Notes under the pieces: generated by a model | The model's database searches: none | Told to the model about the DNA's origin: nothing | What the model saw: the letters and a program-made list of their open reading frames with translations, nothing else | Part shown: positions 1 through 8,317 of the stretch, piece by piece | How positions within the stretch are numbered: position 1 is the stretch's first letter | Layout: each line of letters begins with the position of its first letter | DNA from: a virus | Lineage: Duplodnaviria > Caudoviricetes | IMG/VR virus record: IMGVR_UViG_3300046543_000595 | Span: 1-64,000 of that record | DNA: 64,000 bases | Reading direction: 5' to 3' (one strand) | Made by a program: the position numbers and the translations under genes

Positions 1-32
1 CCGCAGCGCTCCGGATCTTTGCCGATACCTGG

Positions 33-284
33 ATGCAATACATGGCCATGATCGAGGCGGACACGTTCGATCCACGCACGCTCGACTTCATCATGGACGT
101 CGAGCAACAGATGCGCCGGCTCCTGCCGACGCCCGATGATTTCAAGTATATCCACGGCCGGCTGCTCCACAGTCCGGCCTGCCCGCGGCTGAAGGCGACG
201 CGCCTGGCGCTGGGCGAGGCCTTTCTCGATAACGGGATGTGGCCGATCAAAAACTATTTCACGACAGGGAGGAATGGAAAATGA
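33..284 (+). CDS. hypothetical protein (probably begins before the window)
   Basis: ORF track; stop overlaps the next ATG at 281. Confidence 0.5.
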   Translation: MQYMAMIEADTFDPRTLDFIMDVEQQMRRLLPTPDDFKYIHGRLLHSPACPRLKATRLALGEAFLDNGMWPIKNYFTTGRNGK

Positions 285-517
285 GTAACACCAATCTACG
301 ATTCAGCGAACGGAAATGCGAGAACTGCGGGAATAAATTCACCATCGACCGCTCGAATTCGGTCCAATCGCGGGACCGCTGGAAGTGTGACGCTTGCGTG
401 GCGAAGCCTGATGAGGATCAGACTCCGCTCGATATTTACAGGATCGGCAAACTCGCAACCACGAACCAGGTCGGAGCCCGCGGGATACGGTCGATGGTGC
501 GCCGAGGTGGCTCTTGA
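281..517 (+). CDS. small Zn-ribbon protein
   Basis: CENC...CDAC motifs; GGAGG SD upstream. Confidence 0.55.
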   Translation: MSNTNLRFSERKCENCGNKFTIDRSNSVQSRDRWKCDACVAKPDEDQTPLDIYRIGKLATTNQVGARGIRSMVRRGGS

Positions 518-878
518 CATGATGCCCATCCGGCAGAGGAGAGAATTGTGGGCGATGGACCTACTGCATTGGTCACTCAAGATCTGCCCGAAAGGGTTCC
601 GCCGCGACTTTCTTGAATACATGAAGCAGTACGCTGAGATGCATCAGAGGTGCGATGGGAATTCGGGGACGTAGCGGCCGTCGCCCGCAACGTTTCTGCG
701 GAAATGGCCACGACAAGCACGCCGCGCACGGTGTTTACGAGGACGGCCGCTGTGCCAACTGCCGGCGGGTTCAAAACGCAAAAGACTACCTGAAACGAAA
801 AAGGCGCGGTAAAAACCGCGCCAGAATCGTCCCAGGCAAACGTTCATAGGTCCGCCCGACCCATAACACCCCTCCTTT

Positions 879-1760
879 TTAGTTTACCGCCTCGTGCAGT
901 TCGGCACATGCCGCAACCTGCCCTTGATGATTGATGCAATAGGGAATTCCGGACTCCTGATCGTAGCGAACCACAATCGGTCCACCCTGCCGCTCGATGA
1001 ACGTCCCGTCCTCGATCACTCCCCAGATCGGATCGCTCCACGTCACGTCCGGGAGTTTCGGCGCCGGCCGTCCCTTGAGCGCGTACTTGATCGCGTTCGG
1101 ACTGACACCTAAAGCTTTCGCCGTCGCCCGGTAGCTCTTCGTCTTCGAGTAGACCGACTGCGCCCGCTTGATGTCGATGATGTTGGGCCGACCAATCGGT
1201 TTCCCGCTCCGGGTTCCCATGACGGCTGCCCGCTGCAGACCGGCCCTGGTGTTCTCGGAGATGCGGAGCCGCTGCTGCTTTGCCAGCGCCGCCATGATCG
1301 CGATAATCGCATCCTTGAAGAGGCCAGTGGAATCCAGGTACTGTTCGGTGTACGACTTCCAGTCCGCTCTGGCGTTGGTAATGTTGCGCAAATGCTGCAG
1401 CGTCTCGAAGACGCCCTCACGGCTCAGTCGATCGAGCGCCCAGAACCCGATTAGCACCCGCGGCGCTGTCTTCGGTCGCGCCCGCAGGTCGGTCATCATC
1501 TTGTTGAATTGCTCCCGGTCGCTGGTCTTGCCGCTCGCCCGGTCAACGTACTCGGCCACCACCTCGTGACCTAACCCGTGCATCCATTGCCGCAGGATGC
1601 GGATCTGATTCTGCGGGTCTTGCGACCGCTCAACCTTTTTACCGGTTTCGCCGCAGGCCGGGCACTCCGCTACATCGTCGGCGCTCAGGAACTTCTTCCC
1701 GCAGGCCGTGCATCCACACTTGGCCGTCGAAACTCGGGCATAAAGCCATGCCTTACTCAT
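879..1760 (-). CDS. serine recombinase (resolvase/invertase family) with Zn-ribbon insertion and C-terminal HTH
   Basis: YARVST catalytic motif, ASGKTSDREQF, LDRLSRE, ISENTRAGL, GKPIGRP, then YRATAKALGVS HTH. Confidence 0.9.
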   Translation of the reverse strand: MSKAWLYARVSTAKCGCTACGKKFLSADDVAECPACGETGKKVERSQDPQNQIRILRQWMHGLGHEVVAEYVDRASGKTSDREQFNKMMTDLRARPKTAPRVLIGFWALDRLSREGVFETLQHLRNITNARADWKSYTEQYLDSTGLFKDAIIAIMAALAKQQRLRISENTRAGLQRAAVMGTRSGKPIGRPNIIDIKRAQSVYSKTKSYRATAKALGVSPNAIKYALKGRPAPKLPDVTWSDPIWGVIEDGTFIERQGGPIVVRYDQESGIPYCINHQGQVAACAELHEAVN

Positions 1761-1820
1761 CTTCGGGTACCTCCAGAGTCGGCAGGGACAGTACCTGCCG
1801 CTTTCTGCCTTCCGGCGTCG

Positions 1821-2147
1821 TCAGTGGAGGGTCGGGTTCAACCGCACGTTGTGCCGGGCGAGGATCTCGTCGAACTCCGGTCCCATCCGGTGACGGATCT
1901 CGTCCAGAGCTCCGTCCGTCCGCATCAGCCCGTCGTTCGCCATCGCCCCGGCCGCAATCTGGGAAGCCGTCCAGAAATCGTTGCCGGCCGCTATCGCTCG
2001 CGACCGTGTCGCGTAGAAGACGTTGTAATCGTTCTGGAAGATCAGCCGCACGGTCGCGTAATCCCAGCCGACCGGCAAAGACGGCGCCTGCGCTTCCAGA
2101 CTGCCGGCGACCATCAACAATGCGTAGAGTGCCAGTTTCCGCTTCAT
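1821..2147 (-). CDS. hypothetical exported protein
   Basis: signal-peptide-like N-terminus MKRKLALYALLMVAGSLEA; GGAGG SD. Confidence 0.55.
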   Translation of the reverse strand: MKRKLALYALLMVAGSLEAQAPSLPVGWDYATVRLIFQNDYNVFYATRSRAIAAGNDFWTASQIAAGAMANDGLMRTDGALDEIRHRMGPEFDEILARHNVRLNPTLH

Positions 2148-2335
2148 GCTCGTACCTCCACTTTCCTTCCGACAATCGTTGGTGTTCTGGTGTCCGGCCC
2201 CACGGTCTCGATGATCCGGTTCGCTGCGTTGTGAAACTCAAACAAGTAATCCGCGATTCCCATTTTCCTTTTCTCCTTCTGCTGGTCTAAAGCCCCGCGC
2301 CGACTCTGACATCGGATCGCTTCGCGGGGTGCGGG

Positions 2336-2557
2336 CTATTCGTCCTCGGTCGGCTCCTCTCCTTCCGCCAGAAAATAGCCGTCTTCGCTCATGTCGTCCT
2401 GAAATAAATCCTGAATTGCGTCGCTGTCCATTTCTGGCGAGCGGGCGAGGGTTAGCGCGAAGTCCCGAAGCACTTCCGGGTCGTTTGTTTCGTTGAGCCG
2501 CTCCTCGAGCCACTCGAGCGGATATTCCCATTTGTACTTTTTCTCTGTGGTCGTCAT
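2336..2557 (-). CDS. small acidic hypothetical protein
   Basis: AGGAG SD before ATG at 2557. Confidence 0.6.
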   Translation of the reverse strand: MTTTEKKYKWEYPLEWLEERLNETNDPEVLRDFALTLARSPEMDSDAIQDLFQDDMSEDGYFLAEGEEPTEDE

Positions 2558-2644
2558 GGTCTCTACTCCTGTCGTTTGAATTGAGCGACTAATTGAAACT
2601 CCACCGCAATACCGCAAGGTACTGGCCTGTCTGTTGTTTCGCCA

Positions 2645-2899
2645 TTACGCACCCCCGATCATGCCGTGCAGTTCCATCAGTTCCATCGCGGCCGGCACGA
2701 CCGCAAGGAACTCCTCCGCGCTCATGCGCCCAAGTTTCGCGAACGCCCAGCCGTTTTTCGTACGGGTCTCGCGCTTCAGTTGCAACTTGTTCGGGCCGCC
2801 GTTATAGGCGGCAATCTGAACCAGCACCCGGGTACTCTCACCGGCGAGGACCTCACGGCTCTCCACGACCTTATCTTTGGACTCATCGAAAACTGACAT
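2645..2899 (-). CDS. PC4/YdbC-like putative ssDNA-binding protein
   Basis: VQIAAYNGGPNKLQLKRE...KLGRMSAEEF resembles the PC4-like pattern; AGGAG SD. Confidence 0.5.
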   Translation of the reverse strand: MSVFDESKDKVVESREVLAGESTRVLVQIAAYNGGPNKLQLKRETRTKNGWAFAKLGRMSAEEFLAVVPAAMELMELHGMIGGA

Positions 2900-2914
2900 A
2901 TGCTTTCCACTCCT

Positions 2915-2985
2915 GCGGTTGGATTAGAACGGGCTTAGGACCGCTCTGCCGCATTAGGTGGCGAGGATCGCCACCCCTTCTGCGT
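2915..2985 (-). ncRNA. twister ribozyme-like RNA, type-P5 permutation, copy 1
   Basis: minus strand GCAGAAGG-[GGUGGCGA/UCGCCACC]-UAAUGCGGC-[AGAGCGG UCCUAAGC CCGUUCU]; matches the twister core. Confidence 0.85.
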
Positions 2986-3049
2986 TAATTCCCGCAAACC
3001 CCCCAGAAAGCTCCCAAGATTTCTAATTCAGGTTTCATCGTTTCCAACC

Positions 3050-3184
3050 CTAATTCTCGTAGTCGAAAAACATGAAATCGCAGTTGGTGAAGAAGTCGCG
3101 GTAATCCAACTCCTGACAAATCTGAAGCGCGGTTTCAGGGAAAAGTGTGATGTGATTGTATTTCTCGTTTTCAGTCATTTCCAT
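3050..3184 (-). CDS. 44-aa hypothetical protein
   Basis: read by eye: MEMTENEKYNHITLFPETALQICQELDYRDFFTNCDFMFFDYEN; AAGGA SD; lies behind twister copy 2. Confidence 0.5.
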   Translation of the reverse strand: MEMTENEKYNHITLFPETALQICQELDYRDFFTNCDFMFFDYEN

Positions 3185-3197
3185 TCTGTCCTTTCGA

Positions 3198-3272
3198 GCG
3201 GTTGAGTTTGCCCCCGGGCTACCGACCGGGCTGCCGCATTAACGGGAGGACCGCCCTCCCGCCGGTCTGCGT
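3198..3272 (-). ncRNA. twister ribozyme-like RNA, copy 2
   Basis: GCAGACCG-[P1]-UAAUGCGGC-[CCCGG UCGGUAGC CCGGG]; CG/CG covariation of the pseudoknot. Confidence 0.8.
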
Positions 3273-3274
3273 GG

Positions 3275-3679
3275 TTACTCGCTGCCGTCCACGAAACATG
3301 GCACCGGCTCACGAAGGTCGGAGAGCCTCCGTATCGCGCCGGTAGCCACGAACACCTTCAGCGCCTCGCGGCACGCCTCACGGCCCTCCAGCCGGTAAAT
3401 TTCGGCAAACGTCGCCACGTGCGCGTCAAGCCGCGCCGCCTGGTCCGCTAACGGTCTGGGCGCGGACCATTTCAGCGGCAATGTGAGCGCCGCTGCGTGC
3501 GTCATCAGCACGCACGACTCGATCCCGTCTTCGATCTCCCACGGTTGCACCGTCACATAGATCCCCCGCTGACTCTCCGTCAACGTCTTCATGTAATGCA
3601 CGGTGACGCGTATCACCTTGCCGGCCGCTGCCGTCTGCCAGCGGAACTCGTCCCGCGTCTTCTGTTTGAGATTGTCCAT
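3275..3679 (-). CDS. hypothetical protein, paralog of 4231..4704
   Basis: shares GK-RVTV-YMKT...RGIYV-V-PWEIE with 4231..4704. Confidence 0.7.
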   Translation of the reverse strand: MDNLKQKTRDEFRWQTAAAGKVIRVTVHYMKTLTESQRGIYVTVQPWEIEDGIESCVLMTHAAALTLPLKWSAPRPLADQAARLDAHVATFAEIYRLEGREACREALKVFVATGAIRRLSDLREPVPCFVDGSE

Positions 3680-3696
3680 AGTCCATTCACTCCTAA

Positions 3697-3772
3697 GCGG
3701 TTTGATTTTGGCATCGGGTTTCGGACCGACCGCCGACCGCATTAGCGGGCATCGCTGCCCGCCCGTCTGCGT
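3697..3772 (-). ncRNA. twister ribozyme-like RNA, copy 3
   Basis: GCAGACGG-[GCGGGCA/UGCCCGC]-UAAUGCGGUC-[GUCGG UCCGAAAC CCGAU]; GU/AC covariation. Confidence 0.82.
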
Positions 3773-4234
3773 TTAACACCTCCGGCGTTTTGAAGTCTTC
3801 GGCCGAACCGTTTCAGCGGCAATGTGACCAACAATAGCTCGCTCAATGACCTCTAACCTCAGTTCAGCACTCTCAATCCGGCAGTCACAGTGTTTGGGAT
3901 AGCAGGTAAACCGTACACCCGTGTCCGTCACCTCGACGCGATCACATTCGGTTCGTTGTGGTTCCCCGAACACAAAGCTATCCGGAACCTCGAAGACATT
4001 CTCTTTGTCTGGATCGGCAACTTCTTCGATTTCCTCCGTCCATCCCAGCATGTCCGCCGAAGCATCCCAATACACCATCGTGTCCAGGCTCGTTTCGGCC
4101 TGTTTTAAGATCTTGAACTGTGTAATCCTGCGTTCCAGGATCGTCGCCAGTTCTGGCGTTAGATCCACGGCAGCATAGTCACAGTCCCCGTTGAAGTTCT
4201 CGTTGGTGGACCACGTTTTCAGTAGGAGTTTCAT
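3773..4234 (-). CDS. hypothetical protein
   Basis: ORF; ATGA overlap with the upstream gene. Confidence 0.65.
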   Translation of the reverse strand: MKLLLKTWSTNENFNGDCDYAAVDLTPELATILERRITQFKILKQAETSLDTMVYWDASADMLGWTEEIEEVADPDKENVFEVPDSFVFGEPQRTECDRVEVTDTGVRFTCYPKHCDCRIESAELRLEVIERAIVGHIAAETVRPKTSKRRRC

Positions 4235-4704
4235 AAGGACACCTGCGCTTCGATATCTTCCGGCGTGCACGTGCATTCGGTCGTCAAGTGGATGGTGCAG
4301 CGCAAAACGGCCGGTAGAACGGTCGGCATGACTCCCAATTCAAAGAGCGATACCAGCGCCGCCTGCGTCACATCCTTCCCGTGCGTCAAGAACATGGCGG
4401 CCAAGGCCGGCGCGTGAAGATCGACCTTCTGCGCGATCTCCTGCATTTTCCTGGGCGTCGCGCGTGCCAGGTGCTCGACAAACAATCCTTTCGTGCCGCT
4501 GCACAGCACCGTCGATTCGCCCGACCAGCCCCGTCCGTTGTCCGGCTCGATCTCCCACGGGTCCACGTTTACGTAGATACCTCGGCGTGACAGACTCATC
4601 GTCTTCATGTACTTCACCGTCACCCGGGCTATTTTGCCCACGGTTCCGCTGTCGTAGCGGTATTCGTCGTTCGATCTCAGTTTCAGGTTCACTAAATTAG
4701 CCAT
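4231..4704 (-). CDS. hypothetical protein, paralog of 3275..3679
   Basis: GGAGG SD; similarity visible by eye. Confidence 0.7.
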   Translation of the reverse strand: MANLVNLKLRSNDEYRYDSGTVGKIARVTVKYMKTMSLSRRGIYVNVDPWEIEPDNGRGWSGESTVLCSGTKGLFVEHLARATPRKMQEIAQKVDLHAPALAAMFLTHGKDVTQAALVSLFELGVMPTVLPAVLRCTIHLTTECTCTPEDIEAQVSL

Positions 4705-4719
4705 CAGGTCCTCCAAAGA

Positions 4720-4804
4720 GCGGTTTGATTTGGTGCGCGATTTGGGACGCGCCACCGACCGCATTCCGGACCGTCCTCGCCGAGAAACGGTCCGCCCTCT
4801 GCGT
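4720..4804 (-). ncRNA. twister ribozyme-like RNA, copy 4 (variant GAA at the cleavage site)
   Basis: GCAGAGGG-[CGGACCGU...ACGGUCCG]-GAAUGCGGUC-[GCGCG UCCCAAAU CGCGC]. Confidence 0.7.
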
Positions 4805-4805
4805 T

Positions 4806-5297
4806 TTATCCCTCGGTACCACCTCCTTCGTCCGTCGTTTCAGCATCGTAGTGCATCTGCGCCCGCGACAACGCCGTTTCGAAACTCCCGTATTCCTCCG
4901 ATTCCCTGTCGCATAGGTGCATCAGATCGGCCAGAAGATCGCAGATCGCGTCTCCGGCATCCACTCCCGTGGAGTCCATGAACACCTTCAAGGATTGCTC
5001 TGCCCATTCGGCCCGCTCCGGATTCATGTCGTCCGGGTCCGGCGGCAGCCCGGTTTCATCGTCAACTTCCCGGGTTTCCGGTCCTTCAACGGTCGTCGGT
5101 TCGTTTAGAAGACCGTAGCCTTCACTGATCCATTGCCCCATCGCGCCCACTCGATCCACGTACTCAGGCGCATCCGTGTAAACGTCCTGTGAGCCAAGGT
5201 TGACGATCTCTGCCAGGATCTCCCGCATTGAATACTTACGATTGGCTTCCGGGCGTGTCGGTGGAATGTAGTCGTCGTCATCCATTTCCTTATCCAC
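4806..5297 (-). CDS. acidic hypothetical phage protein
   Basis: ORF; C-terminal N-ERAEWAE...DLLADLMHLCD...A-MHYDAE motif. Confidence 0.65.
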   Translation of the reverse strand: MDKEMDDDDYIPPTRPEANRKYSMREILAEIVNLGSQDVYTDAPEYVDRVGAMGQWISEGYGLLNEPTTVEGPETREVDDETGLPPDPDDMNPERAEWAEQSLKVFMDSTGVDAGDAICDLLADLMHLCDRESEEYGSFETALSRAQMHYDAETTDEGGGTEG

Positions 5298-5538
5298 GAG
5301 GCACCCCCAGCGCGTTCAGCGCGTCGCAGACCGCCTGCGCCTGCACCACATGCTTCGATTTGGTATCCGATCCCGCACCTTCCCATCCGTCCTCGTTGTA
5401 CCAGACGGTCGCCATGACCTTGTTTGACGTCTCCGCCGATCCATCTTCCGGCAGCACCCGCACGATCTCGTACGCCGCCTGCACCCCATTGCCGTTTCGC
5501 GCTCCCCGACCGATGCGTACCACGTAGCGGCTATCCAC
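5290..5538 (-). CDS. hypothetical protein
   Basis: GAGG SD with GTG start; coupled to its neighbours. Confidence 0.5.
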   Translation of the reverse strand: MDSRYVVRIGRGARNGNGVQAAYEIVRVLPEDGSAETSNKVMATVWYNEDGWEGAGSDTKSKHVVQAQAVCDALNALGVPRG

Positions 5539-5836
5539 GGTCCACCTCGATCTCCTTCCGGCTCGCCCAATCGCCGCGACGTGGATCTCCCTCCCACACC
5601 CGCCCGTTGTACGACACGTAGGCGATACGCTTCCCCGCATCATCCAGGAGGACTCCCGCGTCGCCCGTCCAATTTCCCATCCCTAAATGATTGGTCGCGA
5701 TGTACTGCCGGACGATCCGGCTCGCATCTGCGTATGTCCGCACGTCCAGGCGCGTCTCGCGCCCGCTATGCACCGGCTTCTGCCAGTACCCACCCACGAT
5801 GTCCGGATTCTTTCGATGTCTCAATATGAGCTTCAT
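5531..5836 (-). CDS. hypothetical phage protein
   Basis: GMGNWTG...IAYVSYNGRVW motif; GGGAG SD; behind twister copy 5. Confidence 0.65.
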   Translation of the reverse strand: MKLILRHRKNPDIVGGYWQKPVHSGRETRLDVRTYADASRIVRQYIATNHLGMGNWTGDAGVLLDDAGKRIAYVSYNGRVWEGDPRRGDWASRKEIEVDRG

Positions 5837-5848
5837 TGCGAACTCCCA

Positions 5849-5918
5849 GCGGTATGATTGGACTCGGCTTTGGACGAGTCTGCCGCATTACGGGGCATCG
5901 CTGCCCCGCCATCTGCGT
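5849..5918 (-). ncRNA. twister ribozyme-like RNA, copy 5
   Basis: GCAGAUGG-[CGGGGCA/UGCCCCG]-UAAUGCGGC-[GACUCG UCCAAAGC CGAGUC]. Confidence 0.85.
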
Positions 5919-6009
5919 TATGCGAGATACCCACCGCTAGATCGTGCTTGCGCCACTTCTCGCCCCGCGCCGCGGGTGAGCGCGGTTGCGTGGTGCCGCG
6001 GGGTTGGGG

Positions 6010-6195
6010 TTAATCGTCAAGCGTCCTGATATCTGCAAACCAGTTCAACCCCTGCGATGCAAAAGTTGAGTTGAGCTCGTTTGAAATAGTCTCAGCCTGC
6101 TCCTTACTCAGTTTCGCGCGGATCTTTGTCACGACTCGCTGAGTCCGATCGTTTACACGTACTAAAACGGCGTGCTCGTTCTGCTTCGTCTTCAT
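6010..6195 (-). CDS. hypothetical protein
   Basis: AGGAGG SD. Confidence 0.55.
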   Translation of the reverse strand: MKTKQNEHAVLVRVNDRTQRVVTKIRAKLSKEQAETISNELNSTFASQGLNWFADIRTLDD

Positions 6196-6205
6196 ATCGT
6201 CCCTC

Positions 6206-6853
6206 CTACTTCTTCTTGAATAGAATCGTTTGGTTCATCCTGTACAGCTGCTGGTCATCCCAGCACAACCGGCAATTCACGCACGGTATCCCCTTTGTAT
6301 CGTGCGGACACTCCACAAACTTCGGTGCCCCCGGCAATCCGATCACCGACCGCACCAACTCACCATGCGACACCATCTCACTGTCGTACGTATACGCTGT
6401 CGCGTACCCACGAGCGCGAGCTTGCGCCATCTGGCCAACCGTATCGCACGAGGCCAGCACGCTCACCCCGGCCCACGACGACCGCTCCACCCGATCCCAC
6501 GAGTGTGTATACGTCCACGCTGGTGACCCAGCACGCTTCCTGTACGCCCTCGCCGCCGCCGATACAATCCGCGCCGCGCCATTCGTCCGGCAATCCCCCG
6601 ACACGTGCAGTCTCAACGGTCGCCAGCCGCTCAATCGTCGTATCCCTGCCGCCTCCGCCCGGGCAATCTCCACCGGGTTCCCGCCATCCAACCGCGCTGT
6701 CTGCGCCGCCACCATGCCTCGTTCCGCATAGCACCCATTCCCCATCAACGGGCAATCCATCGGACACGATTCCAGGTTGACGTACGTCGCGGATACCGGA
6801 CCAGTCTTCCGGTTATCCGAATTCTCGACCGCTATCGCCCGCTTCCGGATCAT
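6206..6853 (-). CDS. Cys-rich phage protein (DUF7227/Gp88-like)
   Basis: NRKTG, SCP-DCPL...GCYA, LRLHVSGD, WTYTH and C-terminal CP...CxxCxxC motifs. Confidence 0.65.
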   Translation of the reverse strand: MIRKRAIAVENSDNRKTGPVSATYVNLESCPMDCPLMGNGCYAERGMVAAQTARLDGGNPVEIARAEAAGIRRLSGWRPLRLHVSGDCRTNGAARIVSAAARAYRKRAGSPAWTYTHSWDRVERSSWAGVSVLASCDTVGQMAQARARGYATAYTYDSEMVSHGELVRSVIGLPGAPKFVECPHDTKGIPCVNCRLCWDDQQLYRMNQTILFKKK

Positions 6854-7245
6854 CGGCTTCTCCCGCCTTCGACCAATCCGCAATGCGCCAATAACCGCGC
6901 CCGCAGCGGTTTCAACTCTTCCACCAAGTACCCATAATCCACGTCTGCCGCGCCGACAATCGCCGACACGTCGTCTCGCGACAAACCCAGCATCATGCCC
7001 TCGTAGGCGAAACTGCCGGAACCTTCCACTCCCGCCACACAATTGATCGGGCAGGCATCGCCTTTCGTGTTTCGGATGAACCTGCCGAGTTTCAACGTCC
7101 AGCCCGTTTGGGGCAATCGGGCAAAGAAGTCATCCAGCGTCATCGCCCCTCGTTCTTTCCGCGTATGGCACGTGCACGCGCAATCGGGATCGACACAGCG
7201 GTCGTGATGGTAGGCTTCGCAGACGGTCGTGATGTTGAGTCTCAT
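6850..7245 (-). CDS. hypothetical protein
   Basis: ORF coupled to both neighbours; alternative start at 7143. Confidence 0.5.
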   Translation of the reverse strand: MRLNITTVCEAYHHDRCVDPDCACTCHTRKERGAMTLDDFFARLPQTGWTLKLGRFIRNTKGDACPINCVAGVEGSGSFAYEGMMLGLSRDDVSAIVGAADVDYGYLVEELKPLRARLLAHCGLVEGGRSR

Positions 7246-7886
7246 TAGAATGCCTCCACTTCTTCGTGCCGTTTCACGTCGATGACCAGCCCATGCGCCC
7301 GACCGACCGTGAAGTCGTTACGGTAGTCCGCGTCGGGCACGAGGAAGTACCTGTGCGCGACGTCTCCACGTTTTCCACCAAGGGTGCACGTTGAACCGAC
7401 AAACCCGGGAGGCACGTTCTTGTGCCAATCGCCAACATTCGCGATCGCCACCCATTTATCGGCAGTCTGCTCCTCAAATGCCTTTCGATCACGGATGTAC
7501 GATTCGCCGATCTGGATCGTCTCGCCCGTGAACCGCTCGTATTCGTCCGGGTTCCAGTTCTTCACCGTGCCCGCCACCGTTTCCAGGTTTACCGTCTCTT
7601 TGGTCTGAAACTCCGGCCAGAACACCAGATACGGCATGGCCCAATGACAATCTTCCTCGTACCAGCCACCCGCCTGCCGCATGTACGGCGGCATCTGCGC
7701 ATTCCGCTCTCTCGATAACTTCACGCCACCATGTGACGGCGTACCGACAAACCACGCGCCTGGAATTAACTCCTTTACGTGATCCGCGCGGCCCCACGGC
7801 GTGCTCATACCCTCCCGTGGTTCAGCCGATCTTTCCGCCTTTTCCGGACGAACAAACATGAACGGGACCATCTTGATTTCACTCAT
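7245..7886 (-). CDS. DUF7007-like protein
   Basis: TPWG-AD...TPSHGG-KLS-ERNA-MP...GGWYEEDC-WA motif. Confidence 0.7.
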   Translation of the reverse strand: MSEIKMVPFMFVRPEKAERSAEPREGMSTPWGRADHVKELIPGAWFVGTPSHGGVKLSRERNAQMPPYMRQAGGWYEEDCHWAMPYLVFWPEFQTKETVNLETVAGTVKNWNPDEYERFTGETIQIGESYIRDRKAFEEQTADKWVAIANVGDWHKNVPPGFVGSTCTLGGKRGDVAHRYFLVPDADYRNDFTVGRAHGLVIDVKRHEEVEAF

Positions 7887-7898
7887 CGAATACTCCCA

Positions 7899-7973
7899 GC
7901 GGTTGAATTTGGCGCAGGTTGTGGACTGCCGCCGACCGCATTAACGCACCCCATCGGGTGCGCCCATCTGCGT
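7899..7973 (-). ncRNA. twister ribozyme-like RNA, copy 6
   Basis: GCAGAUGG-[GCGCACCC/GGGUGCGU]-UAAUGCGGUC-[GCAG UCCACAAC CUGC]. Confidence 0.82.
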
Positions 7974-8089
7974 CTACGCGTTATCCGTCCAATTCGTGAC
8001 GTGACACGCACACTCGCAATTCTTCATCTTGATCTCCTTAGTCATGTTTGTTTGCCTCTGTCTAGACACAGGGAATTTTTCCCCCGTGT

Positions 8090-8317
8090 CTACCTGCTCT
8101 TCGCCGCGTCAAGCGACAGCAACGCCGTCACCGCCATCGCGACCGCCAATACAAGAAACGCCGTCTCCCCCTCGAATTGGCACCACACCAATGCCAAGCA
8201 CAGCGCACTCGTTAATGTCCCTATCCCTACTATCGTCAATCCCACGGCGCGTAACCGAAGCGCGGCATGCTCCCGGCGGGAGAGCACGATGAAAGTTTTC
8301 TGTGTTCTGTCCTTCAT
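8090..8317 (-). CDS. small membrane protein
   Basis: two hydrophobic segments; GGAGG SD. Confidence 0.5.
   Translation of the reverse strand: MKDRTQKTFIVLSRREHAALRLRAVGLTIVGIGTLTSALCLALVWCQFEGETAFLVLAVAMAVTALLSLDAAKSR

Noticed and set aside
2915-7973. The six repeats as a CRISPR array or integron attC sites
   Set aside because: Spacing is gene-sized and irregular, the stems covary as RNA structure, there are no cas genes and no RYYYAAC/GTTRRRY box organisation; the twister core fits better.
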